Below are positions 57,464 through 64,000 of a stretch of 64,000 nucleotides of DNA, one piece after another; within the stretch, counting starts at the first letter, position 1, and every line of letters begins with the position of its first letter. Source of the DNA: an uncultured Spirochaetota bacterium (GTDB lineage: Bacteria > Spirochaetota > Spirochaetia > SZUA-6 > Fen-1364); assembly GCA_963745235.1 (NCBI GenBank), contig CAVUXE010000052.1, positions 32,001 through 96,000 on the forward strand. Reading direction: 5' to 3'. A program made the translations under genes and the position numbers. The notes below the pieces were generated by a model that saw only the letters and a list, made by a program, of their open reading frames with translations, ran no database searches and had not been told where the DNA came from.

Positions 57464-58752
57464 TGAGAAAGGATCTCCCCGATGTTCAGTTTTTCGACCG
57501 CCGCCAGGAGGGCCTCGTCGCGGCTCGCGCTGACGGAGATGTAGCGGATGGACCGGGGAAGATCATCGCTTGCCATCCCCGAAAACACCGAGCTGCCCTC
57601 CGCCCCTTTCGCGCGGAACGCGCGACCTGATCCCGGCTCGATGACCGGTACGTCGAAGTCGAACGAGACGCGTTCCGGCACGTCCACGACAATAGCCTCG
57701 ACGGAAACTCTTTTCCCGGAGATTGCCGCCGCTTCACGCGCTATCCTCTCCTCCGCGCGGAGCCGCTCACCGATGTCCTCTATGCGCAGGTGCGCCGGGT
57801 TCCCGTCGTCAAAAGGGACCCTCCAGACCTGGCGGTGCAGCTCCCGTCGCCTGACCTGCTGGATCAACTGAAAGGCCGGATATCGCGAAGCGGAAAACGC
57901 GGCGAAGAACTCCTCATCGTCCAGCCCGTAGAGATCTCCGCGGGTGATGGCGCCGTCCTTCAAGGCCATTGCGATGGCTTTCTTGATCATGGCCGTAGCG
58001 ATTCGCACCGTCTTGTGCCAGTACACGGTCTTGTACATGAGGTACTTGGAGAAAAGGATGTTCTCCAGCGCCGTGATTCCCTTCGGGCTGATTGCAACTC
58101 CACTCTCCCTGTCCGGGAATATCTCCTCGAGGATGAAGTCCACGTCCTGAATGCCGTACGGGACTCCGCAGAAATACGCGTCGCGGTTGAGATAATCCAG
58201 CTTGTCGGGATCCAGGACGCCGGACAGGATGCTTCTGTAGAACCCGATTGCCGGGAGGCCGGCGCCCGGAGAGCCACGATCGATGATTGCCGCCACGGCG
58301 GCGGGATCGATTTCCAGCTGGGAGCGGATTACGGATGAGAGCCCGCCGAGGATCTCCCTGGCGGCGAGCGCTTCATGCGCCTCCACGTCGAGATCCTTCA
58401 GCGAATGGGCAAAAGGATAATGGCCGATGTCATGGAGAAGGCATGCGCAGAGAAACGACTTGACCCCCGGCAGAGAGACCGGCACCTCCGTGTTTCGCCT
58501 GATCAGGCTGGTGATCATCCGGCGGGCAATGTGAAACGCGCCGAGGCTGTGGCTGCGGCGGGTGTGCGTTGCCCCCGGGTACACGAGGTAGGCGGGGCCC
58601 AGCTGGCGGATGCGGTCCAGCTTCTGGAACTGGGCGTGCTCCGCGACGCGAAGGAGAGGGCGGGAGAGCGAAATGTGCTTCCAGACCGGGTCACGGACCG
58701 GCTCGGTGTAGTCGTTTTGAAGGTGGTCGAGGATCTTCTCCCGTTCGCCCAT
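57460..58752 (-). CDS. HD-domain phosphohydrolase (YwfO/SAMHD1-like dNTPase family)
   Basis: RDPVWKHI, RIRQLG..YLVYPGATHTRRSHSLG, LLHDIGHYPFAH, LDPDKLDYLNRD, MYKTVYWHK. Confidence 0.92.
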   Translation of the reverse strand: MGEREKILDHLQNDYTEPVRDPVWKHISLSRPLLRVAEHAQFQKLDRIRQLGPAYLVYPGATHTRRSHSLGAFHIARRMITSLIRRNTEVPVSLPGVKSFLCACLLHDIGHYPFAHSLKDLDVEAHEALAAREILGGLSSVIRSQLEIDPAAVAAIIDRGSPGAGLPAIGFYRSILSGVLDPDKLDYLNRDAYFCGVPYGIQDVDFILEEIFPDRESGVAISPKGITALENILFSKYLMYKTVYWHKTVRIATAMIKKAIAMALKDGAITRGDLYGLDDEEFFAAFSASRYPAFQLIQQVRRRELHRQVWRVPFDDGNPAHLRIEDIGERLRAEERIAREAAAISGKRVSVEAIVVDVPERVSFDFDVPVIEPGSGRAFRAKGAEGSSVFSGMASDDLPRSIRYISVSASRDEALLAAVEKLNIGEILSQ

Positions 58753-58760
58753 CTGGCACC

Positions 58761-58838
58761 ACAGTATGACGCCGGAAAAGTCATGTAAAGCCGGCCCGGA
58801 GTTGCGCATTTGACGAACGCAGCGGCTTCTGGTACAAG
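58761..58838. promoter_or_regulatory. Divergent sigma70-type promoters, both with leaderless geometry
   Basis: Minus: TTTACA-17-TACTGT, 8 nt before ATG 58752. Plus: TTGACG-17-TACAAG, 6 nt before GTG 58845. Confidence 0.55.
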
Positions 58839-58844
58839 GAAATC

Positions 58845-59612
58845 GTGAGAATGTGGCTGGGGGGCTTGACCTCTGTAATTCTCCTCCTGGCTCTGACGAG
58901 CTGCACCAGGAGCCCGCGGACAGCGCAAGCTCCGGGCTCTGCAAGTCCACCCGCCCCCGTAGCCTCGACGACGGCTCCCGCAGCTTCTTCCCCGGCAGCT
59001 GCCGCTCCTCCCACCCCGGCCTCTGCTGCGGGTCCCTCCCCGGCCGGCGCTCCCTCCCAACCCGGGCCTGCCGCTCGAACAATCACCCTCGCCCAGGAAC
59101 AGCTTCCCAGTGCGCCCGCGGTGGCCGCGCGCCAGAACACGGATGTCTCCTCCCTCCTTCCCCTGGGCCGCGCTGCGCGTGTTCTCCCTGAGGACTTCAA
59201 GATTGGCGTCCTTGCAGACGCACGCGTCGGGGACGCGGAGGAGCAACAGGCCATGACAACCGCCATCTCGTTCCTCTCCCGCCTGGTTGCCGGCAAGGTG
59301 GATTCTTCACTGCTGGATCCCGAGACGGGAGGGCGAGTGTCCGATATGCTGGCCTTCGGCCTCGAACGGGGAGACCTTCCCCGCGCGTACCGTGTCGGCG
59401 CGCCGAAGAAGCATGAGAGCGGCGAGGTGACCGCGACCGTTCGGCTTTTCGGCCCCGAGGGTACGAGCGAGGGAGAGATTGCCTTGTCACGGACTGGCGG
59501 CCGTTGGCTCGTGAAGGACCTCCAGATCAGCATGGACGACCTTCAGGTGAAGACGGAGAAGCCGAAAGAGCGCTTCTTCCCGTCCTCATACCGCTGGATG
59601 CTGGAGGAATGA
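58845..59612 (+). CDS. Lipoprotein with Pro/Ala-rich linker and NTF2-like C-terminal domain
   Basis: Lipobox LALTSC, low-complexity PA linker, VTATVRLF...GEIALSRTGGRWLVKDLQ. Confidence 0.75.
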   Translation: MRMWLGGLTSVILLLALTSCTRSPRTAQAPGSASPPAPVASTTAPAASSPAAAAPPTPASAAGPSPAGAPSQPGPAARTITLAQEQLPSAPAVAARQNTDVSSLLPLGRAARVLPEDFKIGVLADARVGDAEEQQAMTTAISFLSRLVAGKVDSSLLDPETGGRVSDMLAFGLERGDLPRAYRVGAPKKHESGEVTATVRLFGPEGTSEGEIALSRTGGRWLVKDLQISMDDLQVKTEKPKERFFPSSYRWMLEE

Positions 59613-59616
59613 GCAC

Positions 59617-60873
59617 GTGGGCACAGCAGTCGGCAGGATAGAAAAAGAGTTCGTGTTCAAGGCCCTGATCGACGACGCAACTCCCTGCGATGTGCACGGC
59701 TCAGGCAAGGAGGCCAAATGTCGATTTTCCCAGGTCACTGAAGAACGTCTCGAAATGGTTCCCCTTGAAGGGGTCCTGCCGGGCTTCCAGGGGGGCGAAG
59801 AGGTCCGGGTTTTCTTCTATCTCAAGAACAACTACCACACCTTTGCCGCCCGGGTGATCGAGTCAAGCCCGGAGAGGATGGTGGTCCAGCACCCCCGGGG
59901 CGTGTACAAGAACCTCCAGAGGAAATACGAGCGCGTGAGGCCGGCGGAGGACATCCAGGTATCCTTCAGCCTGAAGGGCACCAAGATCGAGCTCAATTTC
60001 CCGAAGTCGGAGAGGTTCAGTCCCGTGGAGCCTCCTGAGATTTCTCCGGAGTTCGATTCGAGGCGGATCCAGGAGCTGGTCAGGGCGTTTCGGGAAAAAA
60101 TGAACACCATCGTGTCCGACAACAAGATCGTCATGATGCGGGATCGGCTGCCGCGTGCCTGGGAAGAGAAGGTCATGGTTCGGCTCGGAAAGTGCCTCTG
60201 GATCCCGTCCACCGACGAGGACTTCCCCGCAAAGGATCCGTTCCCTGATGAGCGGGTGATCACGAAGGCTGACCTCATCAGGCTGGAGGAAGAAAGCGGA
60301 GCGCAGCCCTACGTGATCACGGGCAAGCTGGGCAACATTCTCTATGAAAAGTTCAAGAAGGGCCTCTTCTCCGAGCTCTGGTGCCCGGTCCTCTACAACG
60401 AGTATGTGGTCGGTTTCCTTCATCTCTGGAACACCCTGGACAAGAAGAATCGGATCGGAAAAGACCTTCTTGAGTATGCGTGGCAGTTCGGCCGGATCCT
60501 CTGCTATTCCCTTGTCACCAACGGGTACTTCAAGGCGGAAAGCGCCACGGAAAGACGTTACGAAGCGCCGATAATCGACATGAGCGCTTCGGGGCTCCTT
60601 TTTGCGCACAGCTCGAGTGACCTCGTGCGCGACCTTCTGGTGCACACGGACCTCGACCTCACCGTGAGGCTTGGCAAGAGGACCTTCAAGGTCGGCGCCC
60701 GTGTCATGAGGAAGTTCAGGGATGCTGAGAATATCTATTTCGGCGTCCTCTTCCTGCGCGTGGATCCCGAGGACTTTGCCTTCCTCTTCGCGTACCTCTA
60801 CGGAAAACCCTTTGACCCGTTGTACGAGGGGGTGTGGGAAGGTGGCGCGCCTCCTCCTCCCCTGCAGATGTGA
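59617..60873 (+). CDS. PilZ-domain protein with an inserted GAF-like domain (c-di-GMP effector candidate)
   Basis: RxxxR (QRKYERV), DxSxxG (IIDMSASG), GAF-like ELWCPVLYNEYVVGFLHL. Confidence 0.8.
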   Translation: MGTAVGRIEKEFVFKALIDDATPCDVHGSGKEAKCRFSQVTEERLEMVPLEGVLPGFQGGEEVRVFFYLKNNYHTFAARVIESSPERMVVQHPRGVYKNLQRKYERVRPAEDIQVSFSLKGTKIELNFPKSERFSPVEPPEISPEFDSRRIQELVRAFREKMNTIVSDNKIVMMRDRLPRAWEEKVMVRLGKCLWIPSTDEDFPAKDPFPDERVITKADLIRLEEESGAQPYVITGKLGNILYEKFKKGLFSELWCPVLYNEYVVGFLHLWNTLDKKNRIGKDLLEYAWQFGRILCYSLVTNGYFKAESATERRYEAPIIDMSASGLLFAHSSSDLVRDLLVHTDLDLTVRLGKRTFKVGARVMRKFRDAENIYFGVLFLRVDPEDFAFLFAYLYGKPFDPLYEGVWEGGAPPPPLQM

Positions 60874-61426
60874 CGCTATCGGCAGGGTCCTGATCCTTTT
60901 CCTTGCCGGCGCGCTGCTCCTTCTGCCCGGTCAGCTGCACGCAGAAGGAGGAAACGCCCCGGGACTCTACCGGGTTGACGTGGAGGGAGTCGGCAGCTGC
61001 TACGACGCGGACCTTTCCCTCATGCTCTCCGCATACGTCTTTGCATACCTGGATGCCGGAGCCCTTGAAGTGTCTTTTCCCCGGCCCCCTGCAGGAATCA
61101 AGGTCCGGGAGAGAGTGCAGCTTCTCGGGATCCTTGCGGCGGACTTCCCGGCCCAAGCCAGCCGCTACCTTGTGCGCGCGGTGATTGGGCGCAATGTCCT
61201 GCTGGCCTTCGATGGAGTTGAACGAAGCGCCTCGGGAGCGCTCCTTGCATACGTCTACCTGCCGGAGGACGGAACCTGCGTCAACCTCAAGCTGGTTCGC
61301 GACGGATATGCGCGCGTGGCCCCCGTTGATGTCCCCTTTCAGTTCAGGAGCGAGTTTGAAATGTACGAGCAGCAGGCACGGCTGAACCATACCGGGATCT
61401 GGGAGCAGCAGCTACCCCGGCATTGA
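60842..61426 (+). CDS. Thermonuclease (SNase)-fold protein, catalytically degenerate; start uncertain
   Basis: ERVQLLGI, IGRNVLLAFD, LLAYVYL..GTCVNLKLVRDGYARV, EQQARLNHTGIW; N-terminal hydrophobic segment. Confidence 0.75.
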   Translation: MARLLLPCRCDAIGRVLILFLAGALLLLPGQLHAEGGNAPGLYRVDVEGVGSCYDADLSLMLSAYVFAYLDAGALEVSFPRPPAGIKVRERVQLLGILAADFPAQASRYLVRAVIGRNVLLAFDGVERSASGALLAYVYLPEDGTCVNLKLVRDGYARVAPVDVPFQFRSEFEMYEQQARLNHTGIWEQQLPRH

Positions 61427-62167
61427 CGCGCTCAGCTCTTCCAGTAGCCGCAAGGACTGATTGCAGTCTTCGACGAATGCGCACAGGTATTTTTCTTTTT
61501 CCGTGAAATCGCTGATGAATGCGGAGAGGTCGTCCACCAGGTCCTGTCCACGGTCAACCAGGCCGCGGGCATTCTGCCCGCACGCGAGCCGGAGCCATCG
61601 CAGGGCGATGGTTCTCAGCAGTGGAAACAGAACGGACGGGGGCGCCACCATGATGCCACGTTCTGAAAGGTCCCGGCAGTTCACGCGGCTGAGCTCTCGA
61701 GGCACATACACCATTGTCAATCCGCGCCTGGCGTGGCCTGCGTCGCGCGCGGGGATCTCTTTGAGCGCTTCGTAAAGATCTGCCTCGCATTGCCTGCCGC
61801 CGCGGAGACGGCCGTCCACAAGAATGGTTTCCCCGCCGGGCTCATGAATGACCAGGTCGACGTTGTCACCGGCCTCCCGCCTGATAATGTCGACATGGTC
61901 TTTCATGCCGCAAAGCTCCGCTGCCTCTGCAAGGGAGATGTCCTGATCCGTGGGGTTCTCTACGGGAAGCGTCTGCGAAAGTGAGCCGCGCATTGCGCGA
62001 AGCTCCTCAGAGAGCCCGGCGAGGCGCCCGCGGACCTCCCTGCATTTTCCTTCAAGGCCGCTGACTTTTTCCTCGAACTGCCCTATCTCCCGGGCGAGTG
62101 TCCGGATGAGCAGCTCTGAGTCCTGCCCTCCAACCATTCCTTCTGCTCCATTACTGGCCGCCCTCAT
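61412..62167 (-). CDS. Divergent, shortened RmuC-like protein
   Basis: Coiled coil, VDLVIHEPGGETILVDGR, TMVYVP, GIMVAPPSVLFPLLRTIALRW echo RmuC motifs; start uncertain. Confidence 0.6.
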   Translation of the reverse strand: MRAASNGAEGMVGGQDSELLIRTLAREIGQFEEKVSGLEGKCREVRGRLAGLSEELRAMRGSLSQTLPVENPTDQDISLAEAAELCGMKDHVDIIRREAGDNVDLVIHEPGGETILVDGRLRGGRQCEADLYEALKEIPARDAGHARRGLTMVYVPRELSRVNCRDLSERGIMVAPPSVLFPLLRTIALRWLRLACGQNARGLVDRGQDLVDDLSAFISDFTEKEKYLCAFVEDCNQSLRLLEELSASMPG

Positions 62168-62268
62168 TCCGCGGCCATGAAGCAGCACACTTGTTGTTGA
62201 TTCCGATAGTACACGCCTGCGCGGAAATCCGCAACCAAAAAAAAGAGCGGTAGGAACGCTTGTGTTTC

Positions 62269-62297
62269 TTGACAGCGCTTCCGGGCGGATTTATAAT
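62269..62297 (+). promoter_or_regulatory. Consensus sigma70 promoter
   Basis: TTGACA-17-TATAAT with an upstream A-tract. Confidence 0.9.
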
Positions 62298-62407
62298 GCC
62301 CGTAAATAATGTGAACGCGTGTGCTGGAGCGAGTCAGGCACCGTTTGTCGGTTCAACAGCTAACCCCACCGCGATAATCTGAGGCTTTCAACGAAGAGGG
62401 TTACTGT

Positions 62408-62905
62408 ATGGCCATACAGGCGTTGGTGCTGGCCAGCATGCTCCTCTGTGCCGTCCAGGCAATCAGATCAGAAAGGCTCCTTGTCTCTGCTCTCTGGCTC
62501 GCGGGGTGCAGCGCCCTGCTGGGGGTGGCGCTCGCGCTGCTTGGAGCTCCCGAGGTGGGCGTCATCGAGCTATCCGTGGGCGCCGGGCTGGTCACTGTCA
62601 TATTCGTCTTTGCCATCAGCATCGCCGGCGAGGAGCCCGCCGCGTACAGAAGCGTCGTTCCGCGCTCCCTGGCGTGGGTGCTCATGACTCTTTTCTTCGT
62701 CCTGCTGGTGTTCCTGGTAGTGCCGCGCCTGGTGGCCCCCGCCCTGGCGCCGCAGTCCCAGTCTGTGGTCCGGGCAGTGTGGGAAATGCGCGCCCTGGAC
62801 ACGCTTCTGCAGGTGACGCTCATTTTCTGCGGAGTGCTCGGGTCCCTTGGGCTGTTGGCGGAGCCTCGGGCGGTTGTTTCGGCGGTGAAGGGGGGCGCGC
62901 CATGA
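62408..62905 (+). CDS. Mrp/Mbh-type small membrane subunit (DUF4040/MnhB-like)
   Basis: LGAPEVGVIELSVGAGLVTV, WEMRALDTLLQ. Confidence 0.8.
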   Translation: MAIQALVLASMLLCAVQAIRSERLLVSALWLAGCSALLGVALALLGAPEVGVIELSVGAGLVTVIFVFAISIAGEEPAAYRSVVPRSLAWVLMTLFFVLLVFLVVPRLVAPALAPQSQSVVRAVWEMRALDTLLQVTLIFCGVLGSLGLLAEPRAVVSAVKGGAP

Positions 62906-63216
62906 GCGGCGTTTCCATCTGGAGCATCTCACTGGTTGCCGTGTTCGCGCTGGTCATGACTGGATTGTACGGCCTTCTGATCCTCCGCAACCTGATCAAG
63001 ATCGTCGTTTCGCTCCAGATATTCGCAAAGGGAACGATCCTGATCATGGTGGTTGCCGGAGGCATGCAGGGGCAACCCGGAGTCGGTTCGAGCCTCGCCA
63101 TCACGGTGATCGTCGCGGATACCGTGGTGACCGTCATAGCCCTGGCGCTCGCGATCCAGGTTCGCCGGTATTGCGGCACGCTGGATTCCCGGGCCATCTC
63201 GAGCCTCAAGAGATGA
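62902..63216 (+). CDS. NuoK/MnhC-like subunit
   Basis: GLYGLLILRNLIKIVVSLQIF.KG, LAITVIVAD.VV..IALAL. Confidence 0.85.
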   Translation: MSGVSIWSISLVAVFALVMTGLYGLLILRNLIKIVVSLQIFAKGTILIMVVAGGMQGQPGVGSSLAITVIVADTVVTVIALALAIQVRRYCGTLDSRAISSLKR

Positions 63217-64000
63217 GAATGGACACCTCGCTGCTTTTCCCGCTGGCCATCTTTCTCCCCTGGGTTGGCGCGCTTGCCGTGCTGGCAGTCGGGCGGGACG
63301 GCGGCCTTCGCACGGCGCTTGCCATTGGTTTCGCGGCCGCTGAGGGGCTGGTGAGCGTTGCCCTGATCCCGCTTGCCGGCAGCGCCACGGCCTTTTCTGT
63401 TTCCATCGGCGGAATATTCGGTGACTTCAGCCTCGTCGGGGACGGACTGGGCGTGTTCCTGGCGGCTGTCGCGGCCGTGGTTGGATGCCTCGCGGTCGTT
63501 TTTTCCGTGGACTACATGCGCGGTGAAGAGAGCCTGGGCCGCTACTACGCCCTCGTGCTCTTCTTCATTGGCTCCATGGTCGGGCTTGTCCTCTCCTCGA
63601 ACCTCCTCATGGTCGTCGTCTTCTGGGAAATCACGGCGTTTTGCTCGTATGCGCTTATCTCGTTCCACAGCGATGATCCCAAGGCGGTAGCCGGAGGCAT
63701 CAAGGCGCTGATCGTTACGGGGCTGGGCGGTGTCGGCCTGCTGGGAGGCGCATTCCTGATCCACGCACAGATTGGCACCTTCGACCTTCCCACATTCCTC
63801 TCCCGGGCCGGCGCCATGCGCCCCGACCTCCTTGCCTGGGTCGCATTCGCATTTCTGGCCGCCGCCGCGGCCAAGTCAGCGCAGTTCCCGTTTCAGACGT
63901 GGCTGCCGGACGCCATGGAAGCCCCTACCCCGATCTCCGCCCTGATTCATGCCGCTACAATGGTAAATGCAGGAGTCTACCTCCTGGCGCGCGTGTATCC
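63213..64000 (+). CDS. NuoL/MrpA-type antiporter-like subunit; runs off the window end
   Basis: Manual translation: RYYALVLFFIGSM, FWEIT..CSYALISF, AKSAQFPFQTWLPDAMEAPTPISALIHAATMVNAGVYLL. Confidence 0.92.
   Translation, partial: MRMDTSLLFPLAIFLPWVGALAVLAVGRDGGLRTALAIGFAAAEGLVSVALIPLAGSATAFSVSIGGIFGDFSLVGDGLGVFLAAVAAVVGCLAVVFSVDYMRGEESLGRYYALVLFFIGSMVGLVLSSNLLMVVVFWEITAFCSYALISFHSDDPKAVAGGIKALIVTGLGGVGLLGGAFLIHAQIGTFDLPTFLSRAGAMRPDLLAWVAFAFLAAAAAKSAQFPFQTWLPDAMEAPTPISALIHAATMVNAGVYLLARVY

Noticed and set aside
1-64000. tRNA, rRNA, IS, integrase, prophage or defence-island content
   Set aside because: None recognised; genes are densely packed and intergenic gaps are short and largely accounted for.

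Overview
GC-rich chromosomal segment with about 60 genes. Gene content and order (prfB-PEGA-ftsY, PAP2-rnfCDEA-GH57, spirochaete-type PcnB N-terminus, TPR cluster beside mutL, PilZ/GAF protein) point to a Spirochaetota genome; this is inferred, not searched. I see no rRNA, tRNA, CRISPR array, prophage or IS element. About a dozen genes, including aroA and rnfD, carry single-base indels, mostly in short homopolymers, which I read as long-read assembly errors. The one convincing programmed frameshift is in prfB. Best leads: (1) a ~1,660-aa predicted outer-membrane protein with motifs resembling the T9SS translocon SprA, co-oriented with two paralogous beta-barrel-like genes (one FecR-fused) and mutL; (2) an orphan Cas2-like gene heading the prfB-cheY-ftsY operon; (3) a candidate ~100-nt sRNA with an anti-SD loop, a sigma28-like promoter and its own terminator; (4) a voltage-sensor/HAMP membrane protein with no pore or output domain; (5) a reduced rnfCDEA operon whose RnfD appears to lack the FMN-attachment Thr; (6) many promoters placed to give leaderless mRNAs; (7) a structured, SD-sequestering 5' UTR ahead of an Mrp/Nuo-like operon. 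All family calls come from motifs recognised by eye.
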